Part shown: piece by piece, positions 18,096 through 27,459 of the stretch | How the letters are laid out: each line of letters opens with the position of its first letter | How positions within the stretch are numbered: the stretch's first letter is position 1 | IMG/VR virus record: IMGVR_UViG_3300032268_000986 | Coordinates: 278,866-342,865 of that record | Direction: 5' to 3' (one strand) | Length of the DNA: 64,000 nt | The notes under the pieces: generated by a model | Database searches by the model: none | What the model saw: only the letters and a program-made list of their open reading frames with translations | What the model was told of the DNA's origin: nothing | Translations under genes and position numbers: made by a program

Positions 18096-19150
18096 TATTC
18101 TTCCTCAACGTCAACAACAGGTGTGGCATCCTTTTGATTGCCAAAATCTTTCATCACAGTGTCAAGACAGCCGTCAGTATTGGCTTCCCATGCCTTGCGA
18201 AACTTCTTGATGATCTCGCCATCGCTTGTGGTAAACACTAGACTGTTGCCTTCGCGTTTGAGCAGGCCTTTTTTCTCAATCAAGTCCACAAGACCTGAGT
18301 AAGGGCTCATGCCTGTTTCATAAGGAATCTTGACTTGCACTCCCTCGAACGGCTTGGCATAGCGTGTTTTCATTACTTTACAGCCAGCACGAATACCAGT
18401 TACATCTGAAATCTTGTTGCCGTCTTCGTCCTCTTTGAGTTTCATCTTCTTCATGGCCACCACAATTGAGCTGGCGTAAATGAAACCTTGACCACCTGAA
18501 ATCTTGTCGTCTGGATCAAACATGTCTTGACTGGCGTATGTGTGATTGGTACAAACCAGGCCCACGTTGTAACTACCAAACATGTTGACACAGTTACGCA
18601 CCAAGGCGGTAAGAGCTTTGGGCTTGCGACCTAGGTCACCTTTCATTTCGCCTGCATCAAATTGATTCACATCAGTGGGTGTCAGCAACATGCCCAGGCT
18701 GTCAATTACAAACATGACCTTGGGTCGCTCGGCAGGATCAAGAGCTTTGTAGTCGCTCATGAATGTAGAGATAGTTTTAGCTACATCGTCAATCATGGCC
18801 ATTGACAATTTGAGTAACTTGCTGTCACTGGTATCAACTCCCAGGGCCTTGAGCCAGTCTTCGTCCAAGGCATTTTCGCTGTCAATCAACACTACAAAGA
18901 TGCCTTGCTGTTGTGCATGTTTGATAATGTTGCCACTACAGATGTAACTTTTACCTGCGCCCGAGTCACCGGCAAACACCGTGACCTTGCCCAAGGGGAT
19001 ACCTCGATCAAAGTCTCCTGAGATCAAGTAGTTCAAAGCATAGTTGCCTGTGGAGATCCAGTCTGTGGGATCATTGAATCCAATCGACAATCCGTCGATA
19101 CTTTTTGTAATTTCCTTGCGGAATTTTGATACGTCAAATGGTTTAGCCAT
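18095..19150 (-). CDS. uvsX: RecA-like recombinase UvsX
   Basis: ISTG, GDSGAGKS, LIDSENA, VIDSLG, TNHTY, SGG.G..YASS, KTR. Confidence 0.92.
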   Translation of the reverse strand: MAKPFDVSKFRKEITKSIDGLSIGFNDPTDWISTGNYALNYLISGDFDRGIPLGKVTVFAGDSGAGKSYICSGNIIKHAQQQGIFVVLIDSENALDEDWLKALGVDTSDSKLLKLSMAMIDDVAKTISTFMSDYKALDPAERPKVMFVIDSLGMLLTPTDVNQFDAGEMKGDLGRKPKALTALVRNCVNMFGSYNVGLVCTNHTYASQDMFDPDDKISGGQGFIYASSIVVAMKKMKLKEDEDGNKISDVTGIRAGCKVMKTRYAKPFEGVQVKIPYETGMSPYSGLVDLIEKKGLLKREGNSLVFTTSDGEIIKKFRKAWEANTDGCLDTVMKDFGNQKDATPVVDVEEE

Positions 19151-20741
19151 GGTATTTTCCTTTGTAAATGATATCTGCTATTTCTGGATGTGTCTGATTA
19201 AATTTTTGATCTCTTATATTGTCTAATTTTAGCATGAATTTTGATAGTTCGTCAATTAAATCTGGTGAATATTTGTTCTGTTTGAGTAAGGCAATGATAG
19301 GAAATACATTGTGTTTTATTAACTTGTCATGATCAATTTGAGATAATTTGTCAATGACTTGAGTTGTTAATTCCGTATTCATTGCTGTTATGCTTAAAAA
19401 TTTTGGGTGTTCTAATAAATTAAAATTTAATTTGTTAAATTTTTTTGTATCTACCCAGGTTATTAACTGATCAAGATAATAAACATTTTGAACATTAACT
19501 GTGGTAAAAATACTAAGGATCATGTTTGGTAGTTTGTTTTCTAAGAATTTATCTAAGTTAACATTGACCAAATCCCATTTCCCCCCGCGCTCTAATTCAA
19601 ACCGTGTACCTATGTTATCTATGCTAAATGCAATGTCAACTTGTCGGAACAACTTCCATTTTTCAAACAAATGTGCTGGGTACACAGACCCGTTTGAATT
19701 GTAATGTAGTCTAATTTTGTGTGCCAGGTCATGCTCTATTAGATAATCTAAAAATGTCTCTTGTTGCTTGATGAGAAACGGCTCGCCACCATAAAAATCA
19801 ATGTTAACCAGCTGATTTCCCAACGTGTTAAACATTTTCCAAATTTGATCATTTTTGACCCACTGTCCTTTTCGATTGAGATTTTTGAGATCAATAATAG
19901 AGTCAAAGTGTCGTGCCTGTTCTTCTGCTATTTTTGAACTAGCGTCTGAATTGCATATTCTGCATGCAAAATTACAAAGATTTCCTAGTTTTAAATCTAG
20001 ACTAACTAAATTTTCAAGTTGATCTTGCTCTATGTCTAAACATTGCGCATCAATCCCAAGACAATCACTGAACCACTGTCGATTTGATTGCCCTTTATGT
20101 TGTTCTTTCATCCAGCAGCTCGAACATCCGGCAGGACGATCCCCGTCGAGAAATTGTGTTCTTAACCTTGTTAAATAGTCACTGTGGTAGACTTCTTCAA
20201 TACTATTAGTATTGATATTGTAGGGAACATTGTTGGAATCCGTTATTGATTCTTTATACACACAACAAGGTCTAAATTCGCCTTGTGACGAAATTTCTAA
20301 ATGTGCCCATGGACTAAAACAAAATGTGTCAGGCAAGGTAATTGCAGGATTCTTAACAACCTCAGGTGCGACGTCACTAAATTTTATGTCCAGTGTTGAA
20401 AAAATACAATCATCTGTTGAATAGTTGCGTCTAACTAATTCAAGATGATCTTGATCAATGTCAGAACCAGAACTACAAATTAAAATAAAAAAGTTAGATA
20501 TATCTAACAGCGTTGCGCTTTTTTGTATGTGTATTAAAGTTTCAACTGATATCAAATTTCTACTGTACAGAACTATTCGACTATGATCACTGTATTCTGG
20601 TTGGTACCATTGTTTAAATAATTTATACAGTGTTTTTCGAGGTTGACCAAGTAATTGATCTAGGTCGATTACACCAACTATTTGATAGTTGTAATGTTGT
20701 TCTAAATACTGTTTTAGGTCAGTTGAGGGTATCGGTGTCAT
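19143..20741 (-). CDS. Radical SAM/SPASM protein with N-terminal extension (AT-rich insertion)
   Basis: FCFSPW...PCC...GCSSC, CNFACRIC, FYGGEP; AT-rich codon usage unlike its flanks. Confidence 0.88.
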   Translation of the reverse strand: MTPIPSTDLKQYLEQHYNYQIVGVIDLDQLLGQPRKTLYKLFKQWYQPEYSDHSRIVLYSRNLISVETLIHIQKSATLLDISNFFILICSSGSDIDQDHLELVRRNYSTDDCIFSTLDIKFSDVAPEVVKNPAITLPDTFCFSPWAHLEISSQGEFRPCCVYKESITDSNNVPYNINTNSIEEVYHSDYLTRLRTQFLDGDRPAGCSSCWMKEQHKGQSNRQWFSDCLGIDAQCLDIEQDQLENLVSLDLKLGNLCNFACRICNSDASSKIAEEQARHFDSIIDLKNLNRKGQWVKNDQIWKMFNTLGNQLVNIDFYGGEPFLIKQQETFLDYLIEHDLAHKIRLHYNSNGSVYPAHLFEKWKLFRQVDIAFSIDNIGTRFELERGGKWDLVNVNLDKFLENKLPNMILSIFTTVNVQNVYYLDQLITWVDTKKFNKLNFNLLEHPKFLSITAMNTELTTQVIDKLSQIDHDKLIKHNVFPIIALLKQNKYSPDLIDELSKFMLKLDNIRDQKFNQTHPEIADIIYKGKYHG

Positions 20742-20763
20742 TTGAGTTTAATCAGAGAAATTA

Positions 20764-20786
20764 CAAGGGGCCTTAAAGGCCCCTTG
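20764..20786 (-). terminator. Terminator-like hairpin downstream of gp32
   Basis: 10-bp stem CAAGGGGCCT/AGGCCCCTTG with a 3-nt loop, followed by TAATTTCT on the minus strand. Confidence 0.65.
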
Positions 20787-20800
20787 TGTCTACTATCTGC

Positions 20801-21802
20801 TTATTGCTTCTGACGACTACGAATCATGGCCAAGATGTCTTCGGCCTTTTGTGGTGGTTTGTTGGCTGCTACAGGTGCCGACGCTGCCGGAACATCATCC
20901 ACATCAAATGGAGGATCTTCGTTGACCACGTCTGGCTTGGCTGCCACTGGTGCTGGACGGCTAGCAGGCTTTGCTGGCGCATCTTCGTCAGTGCTGGCTG
21001 CGGCACCACCAGGTGCTTGAACGCCAGCTGGACGGAAGTACTGGCCCCAACGTTCTGTGTCGTAAGGTTGTCCATCCACACTTGCTTCAAACATCTCTTT
21101 GATGACCTTGAGTTCGACCTCGCCGGGCTTCTTGGGCAGGAATGTGCTGAGATCAAACAGACCATGTTTTTCAACAGCGGCTGCTTCCTCTTCAGACAAG
21201 GCCGATTCCTTACGTGCCCACTTTGAGCCGTTGTAGTCGGCAAATCCACCCTTGGCACCTTTGCTGATGCGGAAGTCTAGACCACGCAGGTAGTCAGTTG
21301 GCAATTCTTCCAACTCAGGATCCATCAGCGCACCCTTGATGGTGGTAAAGATCTGCGGGCCAATGATGAATCTGCGGATTGGGTTTTCTGGTGTTTTGTC
21401 CTCACCAATGGGATTTTCGCGAACAAAGCCTTGGAAAATATAACTGCGTTTTTTCCAGTACTTGCGACCCATTTCTTCAAGGCTCTTGTCCTTGAACCAG
21501 GTGCGTACTTCGGCCAGGATGGGGCATGCCTCGCCCCACATTTCCACGCAGGGTACTTGTACCATGACCTGCTTGGATTCCATCTCTCCTTTGATGCCAT
21601 TAAAGGGCAAACGAATCATGGCTCGTTCTTGCCAAAAGAAAGTGTTTTTAGAGTTACCATCAGGGAGGAAGCGTAGTGTGGCCGATTGGCCTTCTTCCAT
21701 GTTCCAGTGCGGGTAGATAGAATTATCACCGCCTGTGCTTTGGCCGCCTTGTTTGTTGTCAGCTGCCTGTAGTCGTGCTCGAATTTCTGCTAGAGATGCC
21801 AT
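20801..21802 (-). CDS. gp32: Single-stranded DNA-binding protein (T4 gp32-like)
   Basis: LRFLPD, CPI, YWKKRSY, D...G.DFRI, DYNGSKW, acidic C-terminus with DPPFD. Confidence 0.88.
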   Translation of the reverse strand: MASLAEIRARLQAADNKQGGQSTGGDNSIYPHWNMEEGQSATLRFLPDGNSKNTFFWQERAMIRLPFNGIKGEMESKQVMVQVPCVEMWGEACPILAEVRTWFKDKSLEEMGRKYWKKRSYIFQGFVRENPIGEDKTPENPIRRFIIGPQIFTTIKGALMDPELEELPTDYLRGLDFRISKGAKGGFADYNGSKWARKESALSEEEAAAVEKHGLFDLSTFLPKKPGEVELKVIKEMFEASVDGQPYDTERWGQYFRPAGVQAPGGAAASTDEDAPAKPASRPAPVAAKPDVVNEDPPFDVDDVPAASAPVAANKPPQKAEDILAMIRSRQKQ

Positions 21803-21820
21803 AGTATGTTTCCTTTATAA

Positions 21821-21869
21821 GTTGCCTATGTGTGTTGCCTATCTAAATTAATTAGATCAATTGTTGCCT
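21821..21869 (-). repeat. Three AGGCAAC repeats plus a small palindrome in the gp32 leader
   Basis: Plus-strand gttgcct at 21821-21827, 21834-21840 and 21863-21869; ATCTAA/TTAGAT stem at 21841-21857. Confidence 0.7.
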
Positions 21870-21902
21870 GTGCCACAAAAGAAAAAGCGCAAACACAGTA
21901 GT

Positions 21903-21942
21903 AGTATATGCGCTTTTGTCCGCTGTGTCAAGTTTATTTATA
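21903..21942 (-). promoter_or_regulatory. Tandem late (TATAAATA 21935-21942) and early (TTGACA-17-TATACT 21903-21931) promoters for gp32
   Basis: Exact T4 late consensus and near-consensus sigma70 boxes. An AAAAGCGCA/TGCGCTTTT inverted repeat (21883-21917) overlaps the -10 box. Confidence 0.8.
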
Positions 21943-23703
21943 TCATTTGAGCAAAGCCAGTGATTTTATTCTTGCCAGTTCGTCTGACTCGTAGTAGCTG
22001 CCTGTGATTGCGGCATTGTAGTTCATGGGGTCGTCGTTGCCTTCGTCCATGACCGGAGCCATGCCGCCGGCCACTGTGCCCATTTCATACATGCCTCCAC
22101 ATTCGGCCAGGCCATGTTCGGGACAATAAGCACCTTCGGCAGTCATGTTGCAGGCGCTGCCTTCTGTAGTGACTGGCATGGCCATGGGAGAGATGAGATT
22201 TTCAGCTAAGCCGCGATCTTGAGCAAATCGATCTGATATCCATTCATATGGATCACCATCACGTGCTTTCTTTGTGCCATATGGCATGTCATCAAAATAA
22301 TAGTCATACAGGGCATGGTACAAATCATCACTCATGTCCCCGGTGGCTTCAAAGTCACGCACCTCTTTGCCAAATCTGTTACAGATGTGATCCAAGGTGC
22401 TGCCAGTAGAATCAGTCAGCACACCTTCGTTTAGGTCATCGTACTCGCCTTCTTGCTCTTCGGGTGGTGTGTTGCCCTGTGGAACGTCAACACCTAGTTC
22501 ATTCAACCGATCCATGATGGCAGGATTTTCCCAGATGCTGACGTTGGGATCTTGTTCAGCTTGGTCGCCAATGAGATCAAACAGCTGATCATCGCCCACA
22601 AGGTCATACAACTGCTCAGTGGCATTGGTACCATCGGGGCCGGCTTCCAGCGGCTGACTCATCAGTTGTTTCAAACGATTCTGTTGTTCTGGAGTTTCGG
22701 GCAACGCCCAGGTTCCCTCGGCTAGATTATTGATCCAGTTTTCAAAGATTTGTGCTTCTTTCATGTCTTGTCCTTGTTGTTGTATTCTTGCCAGCAAGGG
22801 CAAGGCCTCTTCGATACGTGCATCCAGTGTTTGTTCCACAAACAAACTCTTGATGTCTTCAACCAAAGATTCATGATCGGCCACTTGCATGGGCGACCAT
22901 GATTCAAAATATGCTGAGTAACCACGATGGGTGCCCATGTGTTTGAGATTTTCTCGCAGTTGTTGATAATAGGTATTGGCTTGCTCAATGACTGATTGTT
23001 TCACGCTTTCGGCCACGGCATCATGGCTGGCTCGACGAAAACGACTCAAGACCTTGAGTTCAGTCACTGTTTCTGTGATATGACTGCCGCGAACATCGTA
23101 GGGTTTGCCGCCCTGACGCACATGCTCTAACATGGCTCTGCCGCCGGCCATGTTGACAAACGGCAACTTGAATCGCTCTTGATCAGCTGTTTCAATAAAC
23201 AAACTTTCAACGTAGCGGAATCTTGCATCGTTTTCGCCCAGCACACGATTGTGACGGATCATGAGTCTGGCTTCAGTGGGTTCGCCTGCGTAGCTGACCT
23301 TGCGTGTGCCATAGTAGCCTTCAAACAGGCCTTCTTGTATGGCAGCAATACCAGCTTGTACTCGTTTGAGTTTGTTGAGATTTGTCAGTGTGCCGGTCCA
23401 GCGATTGCGGTTGGCCAACTGCATGAGTTGCTGTTGAAAATCAAAGAACTCATTGCGGTCCTGGGCATCTTCAATGGTTTTGCCCAGATTGTCACCGTAC
23501 ATGATCATCATTTCGTTGTCATTGCCCAGTACAATCACCATGGTGCCATAGTTTTTACCCGAGCCAGATACATAGTCAAAGCTGAATGTCTTGGCATCTT
23601 CGGTGTCGCAGGGACGGCCGTCTCGACCCAGAGTTTCAGGATGAAAGTCCCGAGTATCCAGTAAATCACTTAGTTGTTGTTCAAAATTGAGGGTTTGTGC
23701 CAT
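21943..23703 (-). CDS. Late protein of unknown function with modular acidic C-terminal half (candidate head-internal/core protein)
   Basis: 586 aa, leaderless late promoter CTAAATA at 23711-23717, repeated hydrophobic-x-E sites (IQE, VAE, LAE, LNE, MDE). Confidence 0.6.
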   Translation of the reverse strand: MAQTLNFEQQLSDLLDTRDFHPETLGRDGRPCDTEDAKTFSFDYVSGSGKNYGTMVIVLGNDNEMMIMYGDNLGKTIEDAQDRNEFFDFQQQLMQLANRNRWTGTLTNLNKLKRVQAGIAAIQEGLFEGYYGTRKVSYAGEPTEARLMIRHNRVLGENDARFRYVESLFIETADQERFKLPFVNMAGGRAMLEHVRQGGKPYDVRGSHITETVTELKVLSRFRRASHDAVAESVKQSVIEQANTYYQQLRENLKHMGTHRGYSAYFESWSPMQVADHESLVEDIKSLFVEQTLDARIEEALPLLARIQQQGQDMKEAQIFENWINNLAEGTWALPETPEQQNRLKQLMSQPLEAGPDGTNATEQLYDLVGDDQLFDLIGDQAEQDPNVSIWENPAIMDRLNELGVDVPQGNTPPEEQEGEYDDLNEGVLTDSTGSTLDHICNRFGKEVRDFEATGDMSDDLYHALYDYYFDDMPYGTKKARDGDPYEWISDRFAQDRGLAENLISPMAMPVTTEGSACNMTAEGAYCPEHGLAECGGMYEMGTVAGGMAPVMDEGNDDPMNYNAAITGSYYESDELARIKSLALLK

Positions 23704-23713
23704 GGTAGTATAT

Positions 23714-25303
23714 TTAGCGCATTATGGAAATAAAGGGCATGGGTTCAACTATGACATCGCCATGATCTTTGAGGTGACTGTCCAATTCAGAGTGATAGGT
23801 TTGCAACAACATCAACATGCGCACTGCCAACAAACTGCTCATCACAAGATCATCAGTTTCCCCGGGTTTGGCAGAGTAACTGGTGCCAGCTGCCACAAAG
23901 GTCTTGAGCTCAGAAATCAAGGGCTTGCTGTACAGTTTCATGCGGCCCGATTCCACAAGGATTTTGAACTTGTTGCAGGCTGTGATCTTGGCCTTGTGTG
24001 TGGTGTTGAAACCTTTGCGGAATCTGCGACCTGTGGTGCCTGTCACAGAGTTGTCGCTGAGAAAGTACCCAGGAATATTTTCTTCACCGTATTCTGCAAT
24101 AGAGATCAAGGCTGCTTCTCCCAGGGTGTTGTTTTCCACCGAGTAATACACGCTCTTGTCGTTCTTGGTCACTGCTTTTATTTCCTTGATGATGTCCACC
24201 AGTATGCGAACTTGACTGGGCACATCAGTTTTGTTGTGGCGCCACTCGGCTACTTGTTCTGTGGTGTCGGCCTCAAAAACCTGTATAGCTGCTGGATCAC
24301 CTCCGGTGCCCAGGCTGGGATCCAAGGCAACAATGTACATTTTACCTGGGTTGATTGGCTTGTACCAGCGCACTTGACCGGTACGGTGTATGGGGTCAAC
24401 TCCTTCTATCTCCAGCAGTTTGATAGGGGATATCAAAGTTTCATCGTTGATAACAAACTCACAGTCCATTTCTCTGCGGAAACGTTCTTCACCCAGCTGA
24501 GCTCGTTGTTCATTGGCCCAGGCATCATCACGATCTGGGTGTTCTCTCCAATAGGCGCGGTACGCACGGAAGCCATTGATGCCTAGACCGTCGGGTCTGG
24601 GATTGCCGTACTCGTCTTCAATCTTGTTGGCACCTTTCCAGATATAAGCAAATTGATCTTCGTCTGAGTTGGGAGTTGATGTGATAATGGCTTTACCACC
24701 AGTGCTCAATGTGGGAGTGATGGAAGTCCAAAACTCCTTGGCAATTGTGGGTCGCACAAACGCAAACTCATCAAGATACAGCAAGGTGATACTCATACCA
24801 CGGCCGGTGTTTTCAGTTGTGGTCTGACTTACAATACGGCTACCGTTGTCAAACTCTAGGCTTCCTTTGTTGTAGCTGGTGGCGCCGGCACGAATGTGAT
24901 TGGGGCACAACTCATAAGCATATCTTATGCGTTGCATGATTTCCTGGGCGCCTAGATACTTGTGTGCAGCAATCAAGATTGTGCTGTCGGGAATAAACAT
25001 GGCATACCACAGCAGGTATCCAGCTGCTGATGTTGATTTGCCTGTTTGTCGAGGCATGAGACTGATACTAAATCTATTGGTGTGATAGTTGTCAATCAGC
25101 TTTTTTTGATAGTCATAAGCATGGTACAACATCTTGCCACGTGTGGGATGCTGAATGTGAAAAAAGTTGTCCATGAAGTATGCCGGGCCCGTGACAGGGT
25201 CGGCGCACAGTGCAAATTCTTGTAGTTCTTGATTGGTGTAGGTCTCTCGTCTGTGTGGCGATTTGACCAGTACAGTGTCCAGTGTTGGTTTCATTCCAAT
25301 CAT
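23714..25303 (-). CDS. gp17: Terminase large subunit (T4 gp17-like)
   Basis: PRQTGKS, RGMSITLLYLDEFAFV, ITSTPN, FRREMDCEF, DPSLG, DDLVMS. No intein seen. Confidence 0.95.
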   Translation of the reverse strand: MIGMKPTLDTVLVKSPHRRETYTNQELQEFALCADPVTGPAYFMDNFFHIQHPTRGKMLYHAYDYQKKLIDNYHTNRFSISLMPRQTGKSTSAAGYLLWYAMFIPDSTILIAAHKYLGAQEIMQRIRYAYELCPNHIRAGATSYNKGSLEFDNGSRIVSQTTTENTGRGMSITLLYLDEFAFVRPTIAKEFWTSITPTLSTGGKAIITSTPNSDEDQFAYIWKGANKIEDEYGNPRPDGLGINGFRAYRAYWREHPDRDDAWANEQRAQLGEERFRREMDCEFVINDETLISPIKLLEIEGVDPIHRTGQVRWYKPINPGKMYIVALDPSLGTGGDPAAIQVFEADTTEQVAEWRHNKTDVPSQVRILVDIIKEIKAVTKNDKSVYYSVENNTLGEAALISIAEYGEENIPGYFLSDNSVTGTTGRRFRKGFNTTHKAKITACNKFKILVESGRMKLYSKPLISELKTFVAAGTSYSAKPGETDDLVMSSLLAVRMLMLLQTYHSELDSHLKDHGDVIVEPMPFISIMR

Positions 25304-25863
25304 GTGATATTGGGCTTTAATAATGTGTACGAGGTCAGTCTAAATGTGCCCACAGGCACAGGGTTGAGCATGCCATGAAACAAGCCAGTGGTTTCAGCAT
25401 TGTTTAAAGGGTTGGTCATTATGTATCCTGTGTTGGCCTGAGATTCAAACTGTTTTCTCACTTGCTGGCCTTGACTGTCATGATAAAAACAGGTGCCCTG
25501 TTCAGAATGGCCTATCCAATACATCTGCATGGCGCCCGGCAACGCACCGTCGGTATGTATAGGGCAATCAAACCCTTCATGATCCAACCAAAACACAGTA
25601 TGTCCATGATGATGACTGAGTAAAGGCATGTTGATCATGGTGCTGATACGAAACCATATCTGTTGTTGATTGGTTGTCCATTGGTCTCCCCAGGACAGAT
25701 CATGAAGTTCAATTCTGCGTCGAGGCCAGGTTTCTTGGCAAGGTTGAGTACTGTGTGGGACATTCAACCAGTCCGTGGCAAGTATTTGTTGCAAAAGATC
25801 TGAGGGCACCAGGTCAGTTACCTGGAACAGATTTGGAACACTGTCAACTGCGGTTATTTGCAT
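25300..25863 (-). CDS. 2OG-Fe(II) oxygenase-like protein
   Basis: Start probably ATG 25863. HTD (HxD), G..T.FY, N.GY, distal HG and R.TSY. Confidence 0.7.
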   Translation of the reverse strand: MQITAVDSVPNLFQVTDLVPSDLLQQILATDWLNVPHSTQPCQETWPRRRIELHDLSWGDQWTTNQQQIWFRISTMINMPLLSHHHGHTVFWLDHEGFDCPIHTDGALPGAMQMYWIGHSEQGTCFYHDSQGQQVRKQFESQANTGYIMTNPLNNAETTGLFHGMLNPVPVGTFRLTSYTLLKPNIT

Positions 25864-26996
25864 AGGTGTGATAACTCTGGCCATAGCTTTTCAAACTCAC
25901 CTGCTTTGTCAGGATGGAACACAGTTTCGTTGTCCACTATGTGTTGTTTGAATTGTTTTTCAATTCCAGGTCGGGCCTGTTTTATGTCACGATACATATT
26001 TAATGAGTTATCAAAAAATGCACGTTCAGCCGGAGTGGAGATCCCTAGATTGTAAAAACGTTCTATCTCAGAAATTGCTGCGGCTGCAACTTCTGGACCA
26101 TGCAGAAATGGATCAAGATACTCTGGTTGAAACAGGTTCTGCCACAACACTGTGGTACCAGTTTGCTCGGCAAATTCGCGCAGTTCACAAATGCGTGTGG
26201 CATTGTAGATGTTGTACACTGCATGTATGCCACCCCACTGTCCTTGCGTTTTCATCAAGTCCTTGATCAGTTGCAAGTTGTGTTGAATTGTGCTCCAGGT
26301 GGCACCATGTCGCACATATTCAAGGCGATCACCGGTGTTATCAAAGCTCATGCTCCAGCCCACTTTGTTTCTAGTTGATAACTTTTGAAATATCTTGTTT
26401 GATTCTAGATCAACATTCAAGTTTGTAATCAGTGTGACAATTGCGTCCTTGGGTATGACATCCAACAAACGATTGTTTTCTGGCAACAACAAGGGCTCGC
26501 CGCCTACCAGCGCAACTTCATGTATGTGTTCGTAGTGCTGTTCAATGAAGTCACACACTGAATCGTAGTAGGGTCTTGCACCACTCTTGAATGGAATACC
26601 TTTGATGCCGGCCCATTTTGAGCTGCATGATTCACCGCAGTAGTTACAACTCAGGTTACAAGTGGTATTCCAACGCACATCCACAATCACAGGATAGTGA
26701 TATTTGTCTCCTGCTGTGGCATAATCAAAGTTGGGATTTACATTGTTGTGCCAGGCCCGTTCAGAATCAGCACCAAATCGTTCTGCTCGCACACAATTGC
26801 TGCAATACTCATGTGGGATTCCTTGTGCAAGACTATTGCGTATCTTGCCCATGAGATCAGAGTTTAAAATCTCAACAATGCTCTGTGAGTTCAAGTTGCC
26901 CAGCATGTTGGGATTGCCGGCACAGCAGGTTTTTACATCGCCCCTGGGATTGATATGTAGGCCGCGCCAGGGAGCGGCACAATAGAAATTTGTCAT
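25854..26996 (-). CDS. Radical SAM protein with twitch/SPASM domain
   Basis: YCAAPW...TCC...CSNC, CNLSCNYC, LVGGEP, ITN. Confidence 0.9.
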   Translation of the reverse strand: MTNFYCAAPWRGLHINPRGDVKTCCAGNPNMLGNLNSQSIVEILNSDLMGKIRNSLAQGIPHEYCSNCVRAERFGADSERAWHNNVNPNFDYATAGDKYHYPVIVDVRWNTTCNLSCNYCGESCSSKWAGIKGIPFKSGARPYYDSVCDFIEQHYEHIHEVALVGGEPLLLPENNRLLDVIPKDAIVTLITNLNVDLESNKIFQKLSTRNKVGWSMSFDNTGDRLEYVRHGATWSTIQHNLQLIKDLMKTQGQWGGIHAVYNIYNATRICELREFAEQTGTTVLWQNLFQPEYLDPFLHGPEVAAAAISEIERFYNLGISTPAERAFFDNSLNMYRDIKQARPGIEKQFKQHIVDNETVFHPDKAGEFEKLWPELSHLCK

Positions 26997-27012
26997 CCCG
27001 TATTTACGGGTG
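26994..27012 (-). promoter_or_regulatory. Late promoter GTAAATA centred in a palindrome abutting the ATG
   Basis: Minus strand CACCCGT-AAAT-ACGGG-ATG; 4 nt from the promoter to the ATG. Confidence 0.65.
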
Positions 27013-27014
27013 TT

Positions 27015-27452
27015 TTAGTTGCACCAAGATGTTTTGGCTTCGCCGTAGTATTCGCGGGCAAACCCGTTGGCAATCAGTTGCTGACGTAGGCTAACACCGT
27101 TTAACAGCACATCTCCCAGCACACGGCCACCATACTTGTCCCAGTCCATGAGCACAATCTGTCGCTTTTGACTGGCAGCAATCAGTTGCTTGGTAAATGC
27201 TGTGGCAGCTTCACCACGTTGAGCTTCACTGGCACATTGAGCACGATGGCCCTTTTCAGGAGTGTCAACTCCGAACACACGGATACTGAGTTCCTGTTTG
27301 AGTGGTGCAGGCAACCATGTGGCTTGTATGCCCACTGTGTCACCGTCTATGACTCTGGTGATTACGGCGTCATATGTGACACCGGGTTTTTGTCGGGGTT
27401 GTGCTAATACTAACACAGGAACGACGAGTAAGAGTAGGATGAGTTTTTTCAT
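27015..27452 (-). CDS. Thermonuclease (SNase-like) with N-terminal signal-like hydrophobic segment
   Basis: VIDGDT, IRVFGVDTPE, DKYGGRVLG, LIANGFAR; leaderless late promoter TTAAATA at 27457-27463. Confidence 0.88.
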   Translation of the reverse strand: MKKLILLLLVVPVLVLAQPRQKPGVTYDAVITRVIDGDTVGIQATWLPAPLKQELSIRVFGVDTPEKGHRAQCASEAQRGEAATAFTKQLIAASQKRQIVLMDWDKYGGRVLGDVLLNGVSLRQQLIANGFAREYYGEAKTSWCN

Positions 27453-27459
27453 ATGGTAT

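Noticed and set aside
23687-24586. 299-aa plus-strand ORF
   Set aside because: Antisense to the terminase gene, with no recognisable motifs.
5500-25303. Inteins or introns in uvsW, uvsX, gp32 or terminase
   Set aside because: All have normal lengths and contiguous motifs; no C/S...HN splice motifs or LAGLIDADG blocks were seen.
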